DNA from: Thermoproteota archaeon
GTDB lineage: Archaea; Korarchaeota; Korarchaeia; B14-G2
NCBI GenBank assembly: GCA_037917675.1
Contig: JAVCBW010000035.1
Coordinates: forward strand, 1 to 11,818
DNA length: 11,818 nt
Reading direction: 5' to 3'
Shown here: in pieces, positions 1-7,501 of the stretch
Layout of the letters: every line of letters starts with the position of its first letter
How positions within the stretch are numbered: position 1 is the stretch's first letter
Translations under genes and position numbers: made by a program
The notes under the pieces: generated by a model
Told to the model about the DNA's origin: nothing
The model's input: the letters and a program-made list of their open reading frames with translations, nothing else
The model's database searches: none

Positions 1-99
1 TTTCTCGATGCATAGGCTTCTCCGTGGGCGTGCTTAGAGTAGGCTGTGGAGGCGGGTATTTGGGTGCGAGGCAGAGAGTCTAGCTGGTGTGCTAGGAAC

Positions 100-109
100 C
101 TTTTTTAAG
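100..109 (+). promoter_or_regulatory. Putative TATA-like element for the large ORF
   Basis: CTTTTTTAAG, the only AT-rich patch, about 35-40 bp upstream of ATG 143. Confidence 0.4.
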
Positions 110-142
110 AGTGGGTGCTAGTGGTGTAGAGAGCTGGATGAG

Positions 143-3100
143 ATGTGTTATAGAAGCCTTCTTCCTCTAGTGTGTCTGCTTTCACTTAGCTTCCTCACTT
201 GCCTCTCTTGCTGTCAGCCTGAAGCTGTGCTCTCATGTAGCCTAGCTCTGCCTGCCTCTATGCATGTTGGAGAAGAGTTTGCTCTTGAGGTTGAGGTTAC
301 TCTCTTATGCCTTGAGCTTAATGTTTCAGGTGTGTCTCCTATCTTAGAGTTTACTCCTCCAGTGTTAGCTGTGGTCTCAGGGCCAGCTCCATCAAGTGCT
401 GACCTGACACCTGAGCAGCCGACTGTAGTCTTCAGGTACATGCTGAGAGCTGAGGCACCTGGGGAAGTTAGGGTGAAGAGCACTATAGCAGGCTACATCA
501 TGGGTGAGGTGGCTGTAAGCAGCGTTTGTGAGGGAGTGCTGCTCGTCAGTAGGGTGAGCTGTGACATCACTATCAGTGTCCTTCCAAATGTGACGTGCCT
601 CAAAGCTGGAGAGAAGCTTCTCATAACAGCTTACATGGTGAATACTGGAGAATCTGACCTGACACATGTTACACCTCTGATAACCTATGATGGGACAGGG
701 GAGGTTGAGCTTCTTCAAGGCCCTAGCCCACCTGCCATAGATGAGATGCCAGCTGGAGCCTCAGCTAACGTGACGTGGCTCTTCAAGGCAGCTGGAGGAG
801 GGGAGGTGACCTTCTACGTAGGAGCTATGGCACGCTGCATGGAGGCCATATACCGCTCAGATGTCTATAGGTCGCCGGCAATAGAGATAGAGCTGATGGA
901 GAAGCCTCCAATGGAAGCAGCAGAGTCAGAGGCGCCTGCTATAGACCTCTACTGTACACTCATATCAGCAAATGTGACGGAGCCGTCTCTAGGTGAAGCC
1001 ATCAGAGTCACAGCAGTTGTAGCTGCATCAGGAGCTGAAGCCACAGCATTCAGGGCAGTGTTCACGCTAGGAGAGGGATATAAGCTGGGGGAGGTGGCTC
1101 AGAGCATTAAGCCAGGGGAAACCAGGGAAATATGGGTGGACTTGGCCTTCACAAAGCCAGGAGAGTACAGGATATGCCTCCATATAGACCCGGAAAACAT
1201 GGTAGGTGAGAGGAATGAGGAGAACAACGTGTGCTGCACTACCATGGAGATCCCACCAGTAGAGAAGCCACCTTTAACTGAAGCTGCATCACCTACATCC
1301 CCTAAGCCCCCGACAACACCTACGCCACCCATGGGGTCTGAGACGCCTCCTACAGGATCAGAGCTCCCCAAGCCAGCAGGAGAAGCCCCCTCAGCATCCC
1401 AGCCTCCACCAGAGAGAGAGGAGAGAAAGCTCACAGCAACAACTGCCATAGCAGTCGCCATAGCAGCTGCCATGGCGTCTGCAGCCATAGCATATGGGTA
1501 TGGCAGGCTTAAGCCTACAGCTCCACCCTTAGCCACCTATGCTGGAGGTGAGGTTTGCTGCTGTCTCGACTGGAATGTGAGGCCAGGAGAGATAGTCCTC
1601 AGGACAGTGAAGCCTGTGAATAGAGACATCAAGGTCAGGGATGGGAGACATAAGGGGAGTGTGGTGAATACTGTAGCGTTGTTTGCTCCAGTAGGCGGCT
1701 ACCTGCCGCTTTTAGCTAAGGGCGTGAACATAGACTGGATAGATGCCAGGGGGGTCTTGAAGAGCTGTGGCAGCGAGGCTGAAGGCTATGGTCAATCAGG
1801 TGGGGTAGCTGGGTCCCTGTCGATCCCGATTCCAGAGAGCCTCCTATTCAAGTGGGAGATTGTAAGTGGCCCTGGATACCTGCTGTCTGCTCCCCCTCTA
1901 TCCCATGCTCACTCATCGTTAGCTGAGGGGCCAGCAGCAATCTATGTAGCTCCACCTCTCATAGAGGAGGACCCTAGCATGCCTCTGGCAGAGAGGATCA
2001 AGGGCAGAGAGGTCATAGTCAAGCTGACAGTAGATGACCTGGAGGGGCAGCTGAAGGGCCTCGATACCCCCCTTAAGGAGCTCTACTTCAGGATAATCTT
2101 GGTTGGCCAAGGGCTTGAGCTACAGCATATGGGTAAGCCTCTCCATGAAGACGACCTCAGTGAGTGGGCAGACTACTCTGAAGTCAGAGATGCAGTACCC
2201 TTACCTGAGTGGGGTCTACAAGCCTTCCGGGTTCCAGAGCCTGCTTCCAAGGAGGTTGAGGACATTAAAAGCCAGCTGGAGAAGACTCGAGGCGAGAGGA
2301 AGGCTAGGGAGAAAGCTTTGAGCAGTAGGTCAGAGAGCCTAGGTGAGGAGAGGAGGAAGCTAGATAGGGCTTTAAGTGAGCTTAAAGAGATGGAGGTGGA
2401 GCTTGAGGACGTGGAGAGGCAGCTGAGGAACCCAGGGGAGGCAGCCCTCAGAGCTAGAGAGGAGGCTAGGAAGAAGATATGGGAGAAGTACATGCAGCAG
2501 ATCAGTGAGCTCAGAGAGAGGAGGAGAGAGCTCTGGAAAGCTTACGTAAAGGAGGTTTCAGAGGCAAGAGAGAGAGGTGAAAGCAGCGAGTACGTGCAGG
2601 CTCTCGAAGAGAAGTACTCTAGAGCTAAGCGAGAGCTAAGCGAGAAGATAAAGGAGCTGTATCAGAAGATGTTTCATGAGATCGATGAAGCTATGAGAGA
2701 GATAGGTTACCCGACAGTACACCCTATTGGACCAGGGCCAAGGTTCGAAGAGTATAGGAGGTCTCTTAGGGAGAGGGCAAGGGAGCTTAAGGCGAGGATC
2801 CAAAGCAAGGAGAGGGAGGTAGGGGAGCTGAGAGGGAAGCTGAGGGAGCTTGAGGAGGAGGTTGAAGAGCTCAGAAGGGAGGTAGAGGAGCTGAGGTCTA
2901 GAGAAGCGAATATGCTTGAGGGATTAAGGTCAGCTGAAGCTAGAGCAGAAGCTGAGAAGAAGTGTAGAGTCATGTATGAGTGGGAGGCATATAAGCCAAT
3001 TAGGGGAGAGATCCTAGCTCCCTTGAGGCTATGTGATAGGGAGCCTATCCTAGGCTCTGAGCTTCCTAGAGTAGAGCAGCTACAGGCTGAGGTTAGGCCT

Positions 3101-4402
3101 AGAGAGATTCTAGTCCTGAAGGCTAGAGCTGAGGATGTAGATAAGCTCAGGCTCTGGGTGGAGGATGGCCAGGAGACTGAGCTGGAGGTCAAGGACTGGC
3201 TTAGGTATAAGTGGTCTTCGAAGTGGGCTGATGGAAGGCAGCACAGCATGGAACCAGGAGTCTTCCTGGTGACTAGAGAAGGTGAGAGCACCATATTCCT
3301 AGCTCCAGAAGAGGAGGGGGAGGTTGAGATAGCCTGTGAGCTCAGTGACAGCGGAGCTCAAGGAAGAGACCCCAAGCTAGAGCTCAGGTTGAAGCTTGAA
3401 GTCAGAGGTGAAGACCCCTTCACTACAGTTGAGAAGGGGATAAAGGCCATCGAAGAAGCCATCACAAGGCCTAGCGAAAGGAGACAAGAGCCAAGGCAGC
3501 TGACTAAGAGGCTTGGAGACCTAGAGGAGTGGATCCTCTCATGTATCCAGCTAGACATTGCAGTGATGACAGGGAAGCTGCTTGATGAGTGTATGAGGAA
3601 CCTCAAGGCCCTCTGGTGGTCTGATCTCCTCTGGTACATGGGTAATGTCCTGCTTGCTACATCAGGAGCGCCAATAGGAGGGGGAGTAACCGTCTGGAGC
3701 TGGGCTGGCTGGGCAGTTGGGTATGGGATTGCTGGAGGGCTTATAGGATACGAGGGCACTACTCAGCTGCTCTCAGAGCTTAAGCTAGCAGAGTCCTCCA
3801 TGTGTAGAGAGTGGATGGAAGGCTTGAAGCAGGCTATACCTCCCTCCATAGCTGAGGTTCAAAGAGCTACTAGAGCCTCTGGCTTAGAGCTACTCCTGTA
3901 TAAGACAGGGGCCTCTATGGCGCTGCAGGAGAGGCTTGCAAGCCTCCTATTCGAGGCATACGCCAGCCAGTCACTAGCTCTCTGGGAGGCTTTCTCAAGT
4001 ACATTTGATTCTGTCTCAGATAAGGTTAAGTCCTGCTTCACGCTAGGATACTTTAGATCTGATGTAATGCTAGCCTTAGAGTTCGTAAGGCCATCTGAAG
4101 CTGACCTGAGTAAGCTTAGAGAGAGGTTGGAGAGGAGCTCAAGAAAGGCAAGGGATGCGAGGAGGTTCTATGGGATGCTGTCAGTGCTTTTCACGCCAGT
4201 AAGGTACCTTACAGGAAGTGAGGAGGGGTTTGAGAGGGTAGAGGGCACCCTATATGATGTCATAAGCGCTCTGAGAGGCAGCGAGGATGCTGCTGTCTCT
4301 AAGTCCATAGAGGCTTTCAGAAACATAGCTTACATGCTTAGAGGGGAGCTACGGCTTCAGAAGTTCATATTCGATGGCTTGAAGTCGCTGAGAGCACAGT
4401 AG
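143..4402 (+). CDS. Large membrane-anchored multidomain protein (signal peptide, 2 Ig-like repeats, CARDB, Pro/Thr linker, TM, long post-TM region with coiled coil)
   Basis: Uninterrupted 1419-aa ORF. Hydrophobic Cys-rich N-terminus; CARDB signature IDPENMVGERNEENN (~aa 348-362); Pro/Thr/Ser linker (~370-425); Ala-rich TM LTATTAIAVAIAAAMASAAIAYGY (aa 430-453); E/R/K/L heptad region (~702-940). Confidence 0.9.
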   Translation: MCYRSLLPLVCLLSLSFLTCLSCCQPEAVLSCSLALPASMHVGEEFALEVEVTLLCLELNVSGVSPILEFTPPVLAVVSGPAPSSADLTPEQPTVVFRYMLRAEAPGEVRVKSTIAGYIMGEVAVSSVCEGVLLVSRVSCDITISVLPNVTCLKAGEKLLITAYMVNTGESDLTHVTPLITYDGTGEVELLQGPSPPAIDEMPAGASANVTWLFKAAGGGEVTFYVGAMARCMEAIYRSDVYRSPAIEIELMEKPPMEAAESEAPAIDLYCTLISANVTEPSLGEAIRVTAVVAASGAEATAFRAVFTLGEGYKLGEVAQSIKPGETREIWVDLAFTKPGEYRICLHIDPENMVGERNEENNVCCTTMEIPPVEKPPLTEAASPTSPKPPTTPTPPMGSETPPTGSELPKPAGEAPSASQPPPEREERKLTATTAIAVAIAAAMASAAIAYGYGRLKPTAPPLATYAGGEVCCCLDWNVRPGEIVLRTVKPVNRDIKVRDGRHKGSVVNTVALFAPVGGYLPLLAKGVNIDWIDARGVLKSCGSEAEGYGQSGGVAGSLSIPIPESLLFKWEIVSGPGYLLSAPPLSHAHSSLAEGPAAIYVAPPLIEEDPSMPLAERIKGREVIVKLTVDDLEGQLKGLDTPLKELYFRIILVGQGLELQHMGKPLHEDDLSEWADYSEVRDAVPLPEWGLQAFRVPEPASKEVEDIKSQLEKTRGERKAREKALSSRSESLGEERRKLDRALSELKEMEVELEDVERQLRNPGEAALRAREEARKKIWEKYMQQISELRERRRELWKAYVKEVSEARERGESSEYVQALEEKYSRAKRELSEKIKELYQKMFHEIDEAMREIGYPTVHPIGPGPRFEEYRRSLRERARELKARIQSKEREVGELRGKLRELEEEVEELRREVEELRSREANMLEGLRSAEARAEAEKKCRVMYEWEAYKPIRGEILAPLRLCDREPILGSELPRVEQLQAEVRPREILVLKARAEDVDKLRLWVEDGQETELEVKDWLRYKWSSKWADGRQHSMEPGVFLVTREGESTIFLAPEEEGEVEIACELSDSGAQGRDPKLELRLKLEVRGEDPFTTVEKGIKAIEEAITRPSERRQEPRQLTKRLGDLEEWILSCIQLDIAVMTGKLLDECMRNLKALWWSDLLWYMGNVLLATSGAPIGGGVTVWSWAGWAVGYGIAGGLIGYEGTTQLLSELKLAESSMCREWMEGLKQAIPPSIAEVQRATRASGLELLLYKTGASMALQERLASLLFEAYASQSLALWEAFSSTFDSVSDKVKSCFTLGYFRSDVMLALEFVRPSEADLSKLRERLERSSRKARDARRFYGMLSVLFTPVRYLTGSEEGFERVEGTLYDVISALRGSEDAAVSKSIEAFRNIAYMLRGELRLQKFIFDGLKSLRAQ

Positions 4403-4425
4403 ACCATACCTCTTCTTGGCCAGAG

Positions 4426-4439
4426 CTCCTCTAGAGGAG
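4426..4439. other. Perfect 14-bp palindrome between convergent genes (possible terminator element or protein-binding site)
   Basis: CTCCTCT|AGAGGAG, starting 24 bp after the stop at 4402; function is inferred only. Confidence 0.3.
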
Positions 4440-4564
4440 TCTAGTGGGCTCTATGGCTTTCACGTCATTTCCTGAAGGGCTCTCGAGTACAAGCGGAGAA
4501 AGCTGATGAGGGTATTTCGTCTAGAGTCCTCGGAGTCTTTGAGAGCTTCGGAGTGTGGGTTGAG

Positions 4565-4825
4565 TTATGTGAGGAGTATTGCTAGGATTATGGTTGCCCA
4601 CATGGTTAGAAGTGTTCCGAGTGTCCATCTAAGCCAAGTGTCTATACGTGAGTTAATGGCATCTATACGTGAGTTGATGGCGTCTATACGCGGGTTAATG
4701 GCGTCTATGCGGGAGTTAATGTGGTTTAGCCTGTTATCTATTGATGTCAATGTATTTCTTATTTCTTCAAGTATGCCCTCGACTTTAGCCATTCTTTCCT
4801 CTAAGCTAGGCTTATGGGGGTCCAT
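4565..4825 (-). CDS. Small coiled-coil protein with C-terminal TM anchor (Bdr/DUF1640/XhlA-like architecture), paralog 1
   Basis: 86 aa: SLEER...RLNHI-(NSRIDAI-type heptads)-RWTLGTLLTMWATIILAILLT; purine-rich leader and TTAAATA about 45 bp upstream. Confidence 0.8.
   Translation of the reverse strand: MDPHKPSLEERMAKVEGILEEIRNTLTSIDNRLNHINSRIDAINPRIDAINSRIDAINSRIDTWLRWTLGTLLTMWATIILAILLT
4641..4720. repeat. About 4 copies of an imperfect 21-bp coding tandem repeat (one heptad per unit)
   Basis: Units start at 4641, 4662, 4683 and 4704; consensus TCTATACGYGRGTTAATGGCR, encoding AINSRID on the minus strand. Confidence 0.9.
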
Positions 4826-4970
4826 GCCTAACCTACCCTTCTCACTCCACTAACTTTTTCCTCTACCTATTTAAGCTTCTCCAGAGAGCAGACTTTCATA
4901 GCTTCGTGGCTTAGGCTTGGAGGTGCTAAGTAGCTTGCTTTGGCTTGAGTTGGAGGGCTCTGGCTGTGGC

Positions 4971-5338
4971 TTACCGTGTTTCCTGTAGTATTAGCTTTCG
5001 GAGTTTTTTGGGCTTTTACATGGCTTTCAGCTTCCTTCTTTGTGTAGATTTCTCCTGTGGCCTGCTAGCCTCCTCTTTTCAGAGGGGATCATGTAGTATC
5101 TCCAAGCTTCCTCGGCTTCTTTAGCTACTACCTCTTCTAGTAGCCTTCTAACTGCATTTGCTATTTTATCGTCTCTCTTCGTCTTGATGTCGAGCATGGA
5201 TTCTGCTGTAAGCCTTACTGAGAAGTATGCTGCTGAAACTGCTTTATTATAGCAGCCAGCTTCAACTTCTTTCTCGCTTCGCTCAGCAATATCTCTGACT
5301 TTGTAGAGCTCTAGTCTGGTGGAAAAGCCTCTCCTCAA
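4971..5338 (-). pseudogene. HEPN-domain protein, frameshifted in its 3' part
   Basis: YNKAVSAAYFSVRL and KRDDKIANA typical of archaeal HEPN proteins; R-x4-H motif RRLAGH. ORF stops at 5027, but HEPN-like GEIYTKKEAE and KLRKLILQETR* continue in two other frames to a stop at 4971. Confidence 0.7.
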
Positions 5339-5528
5339 ACGCTTTCTGCCACCAAGCTGCGGCTTGTAGGTTAACCACTAATAGGTAGCATTAGAGCTCC
5401 CATACTATGCTGGAGCTCAAAGTTGATGAAGGCATCTAGTATTTTAGCTGTGCAACACGCCTAGCTACTACAAGTTTTCAAAGACTATTCTCAGCCTTCT
5501 CCCAGTATTCAAGTTTGACGCTCTCCAC
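5335..5528 (-). pseudogene. Degraded minimal nucleotidyltransferase (MNT)-like partner of the HEPN gene
   Basis: GTG 5528 gives MESVKLEYWEKAENSL*; another frame gives KILDAFINFELQHSMGALMLPI, resembling an MNT C-terminal helix/strand. It lies directly upstream of HEPN; no catalytic core is visible. Confidence 0.4.
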
Positions 5529-5666
5529 GACTGGAAGTTGGGAGGTTCTCGGTCGCAGCTGTGACGCTGAAGGCATACTATGCTTAGTCGAACCTAAAAA
5601 CACCATGTGGAGTGCGGGAAGCCTATGGCGGCGTGCACCTTCTTCCAGGCAGCCTAAGCTGAGGCG

Positions 5667-5948
5667 TCAGATAGCCCCCAGCAGCTTAAGTAGCATAGGT
5701 ATCAGAGTCAACATGACAGAAGCCCACATTCCCAGGATCAAGCCAACCACCCACCTAAACAGCGATTCAAACCTCTTATCCACCTCAGACCTTAAGCCGC
5801 TTAGCTCAGATCTTAAGCCGCTTAGCTCAGACCTTAAGCCGCTTACCTCGCTCTCAATGTGGTTCAATCTTCTGTCCATCTGCTCTAATACACCCCTAAT
5901 GTAGGCTATCTCCGTCTCCAGCCTGGTGACCCTCTCCTCAAGAGACAA
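5667..5948 (-). CDS. Small coiled-coil protein with C-terminal TM anchor, paralog 2 (93 aa from TTG 5948)
   Basis: MSLEERVTRLE...RLNHIESE-(SGLRSE-type heptads x3)-FRWVVGLILGMWASVMLTLIPMLL. Start chosen from the GTGGGAG SD-like element, TTATATA near 5991-5997 and alignment to paralog 1. Confidence 0.8.
   Translation of the reverse strand: MSLEERVTRLETEIAYIRGVLEQMDRRLNHIESEVSGLRSELSGLRSELSGLRSEVDKRFESLFRWVVGLILGMWASVMLTLIPMLLKLLGAI
5784..5849. repeat. 3 near-perfect copies of a 21-bp coding tandem repeat (one heptad per unit)
   Basis: CTCAGAYCTTAAGCCGCTTAS at 5784, 5805 and 5826, encoding (L/V)SGLRSE on the minus strand. Confidence 0.95.
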
Positions 5949-6408
5949 GCTCCCACACACTATATAGTAGCTACATAACATAATAATAAGTATATAAGTA
6001 GCTAAGGGCATATAAGCATTCCACCAGCTACAGGAGTACCCAGCTCTTAAAGCCAGGAACCACCCTACCACTAATATCAATAGGCTTAGCCGTTTTCGAA
6101 GCGTAGCCTGTAACACCCACTCTCCTGAAAAACGCTCTTCCCCAAACTTTCTAAATCCAGCTGGTCCTTAGACAAACTATTCCAAAGCCTAAAGTGAGCT
6201 TAGGGGTTAAAGTGCTTGCTGTGGGGCGGGGGGAGGTATTGTGCAGGTATGTACATGAGCGTTGGCTTTGTGAAGCTTGGCTGCGGAGACTATTGCTACG
6301 TAATTGGCACCTGATGCTAGAGCTCTTGTGACGTGTGCTAATTCGCTAGTCGGATGCTCTTTAACATGTCAATTGACCCTTCTTGTGGGGTTTAGCTTCT
6401 TTTAGGTT

Positions 6409-6810
6409 TTAGAATATCCTTTTAACCCATGGGATGTGGTCGAAGTCTTTATCGTTGGAGTATATTTCGCTTATTTTTAGCTTGCGCATCTGGGATGCTA
6501 CGACCAGGTCGTCCCACATTCTCCAGCTTAAACCCAGCTTTAGAAGGGTGCTTTTTGCTTCGAGGAGGTCGTCGAAGCTTGTCTCGACTTTTCTGAGGGA
6601 GGGGAGGGACCTTAGGAAGTCTAGGAAGGCTGGGATAGCGTCTTCTCTCCTCTTCCACCTGAGGTATCCGCAGACTTGGGAGATGATTAGGGTGGATGTG
6701 GCTGCTTCCTCTCCCTCCTCTATCCTTTTGAGTATGCGGGTGGCTGCCTCACCGTAATTTGGGTCGTCAGCCATGTGGTATATGAAGATATTTGAGTCGA
6801 CGAACCTCAA
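6409..6810 (-). CDS. vapC: VapC family PIN-domain ribonuclease toxin
   Basis: 133 aa; FVDSNIFIY, MWDDLVVA and IYSNDKDFD PIN motifs; 4-bp TTGA overlap with the upstream antitoxin. Confidence 0.93.
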   Translation of the reverse strand: MRFVDSNIFIYHMADDPNYGEAATRILKRIEEGEEAATSTLIISQVCGYLRWKRREDAIPAFLDFLRSLPSLRKVETSFDDLLEAKSTLLKLGLSWRMWDDLVVASQMRKLKISEIYSNDKDFDHIPWVKRIF

Positions 6811-7058
6811 TGTACTCTCCCCAGAGCATCCTCTACTTCGTCTAAATCAACTTTGAGAGGCCCTATGATCCCCTTTATTTCTTCTGAGGTTACAGCTCTC
6901 TCAGGCCTGAGTACGATCTCACCCCTCCTAATGTAGAGGATTAAGGGGTCTCCTTCTCTAAGCCCTAGAGCCTTTCTCACCGATGCTGGTATGGTTATTC
7001 TCCCCTTCTCCCCCACTCTAACTACCACCTCTATACTCCCACCTATTTCAAGTACCAT
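6807..7058 (-). CDS. vapB: AbrB/MazE/SpoVT-type antitoxin
   Basis: VRVGEKGRITIPASVRKALGLREGD AbrB motif, coupled to the PIN gene. Start uncertain: ATG 7058 or GTG 7028, with TTTATAT near 7069-7075. Confidence 0.88.
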   Translation of the reverse strand: MVLEIGGSIEVVVRVGEKGRITIPASVRKALGLREGDPLILYIRRGEIVLRPERAVTSEEIKGIIGPLKVDLDEVEDALGRVH

Positions 7059-7468
7059 ATAATATGGGATATAAATGTTCCTATGAAAGACGCGGGCATC
7101 CACGTCTTGGGCAAGCATTCAGCAGGCATACTACTGTCATTTGCATGTGGAGTCTAGTGTTTTGTAAGCTTTATATTTTTGCGGTGGCATTTAGGGTTTT
7201 AAGGTGGTGTGGTGAGCTTTTCCATGGAGGAGCTTTACTGCTACCTTGTCCTATGCTCGGAAAATGAGAGGAAGAAGAAGGGGAAGAGGAAGGGGGAGTA
7301 GAATTTTCTACCTAGCTGGCTTGTCTTGAGCTGGTAATGCTGGTTGTTGAGCTGAGTTTCTCTTGCATATTTTACTAGGCTTTATAGTGTTGCTGCTGAT
7401 TGAGGTTTTCTTGATGTGATGTGGGTTTGAGGGGCTTTTTGGGGGGTAAGCGCTGGTGGCTAGGCTAT

Positions 7469-7500
7469 ATATTCTCCTAGGAATATTCTGGTGGGAATAT
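7469..7500. promoter_or_regulatory. Two overlapping ATATTC-N6-GAATAT inverted repeats (putative operator)
   Basis: ATATTC-TCCTAG-GAATAT (7469-7486) and ATATTC-TGGTGG-GAATAT (7483-7500), ending 1 bp before ATG 7502. Confidence 0.6.
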
Positions 7501-7501
7501 T

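Noticed and set aside
2246-2962. SMC/Rad50 or chemoreceptor annotation for the large ORF
   Set aside because: No Walker A/B, ABC signature, CxxC hook or MCP hairpin motif; any such hit would be generic coiled-coil similarity
214-4041. Antisense and alternate-frame ORFs inside the large gene
   Set aside because: Shadow ORFs, several Ser/Leu-rich mirrors of the purine-rich sense strand, with no recognisable motifs
4641-5849. 21-bp repeats as CRISPR or a DGR template/variable pair
   Set aside because: They are in-frame coding heptads with unrelated units; there is no reverse transcriptase and no adenine-specific paired variation
4506-5904. Plus-strand ORFs 4506-4853 and 5515-5904
   Set aside because: Antisense shadows of the repeat-containing coiled-coil genes
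5949-6116. N-terminal 56-aa extension of the 149-aa ORF
   Set aside because: It runs through AT-rich promoter-like sequence, and similarity to the paralog begins only at SLEER
7059-7118. N-terminal extension of the antitoxin ORF
   Set aside because: It overlaps the TATA-like element and precedes the AbrB domain
7259-7302. Purine tract (GAGAGGAAGAAGAAGGGGAAGAGGAAGGGGAG) as a functional element
   Set aside because: Low complexity; may be a gene remnant, but there is no supportable ORF or structure
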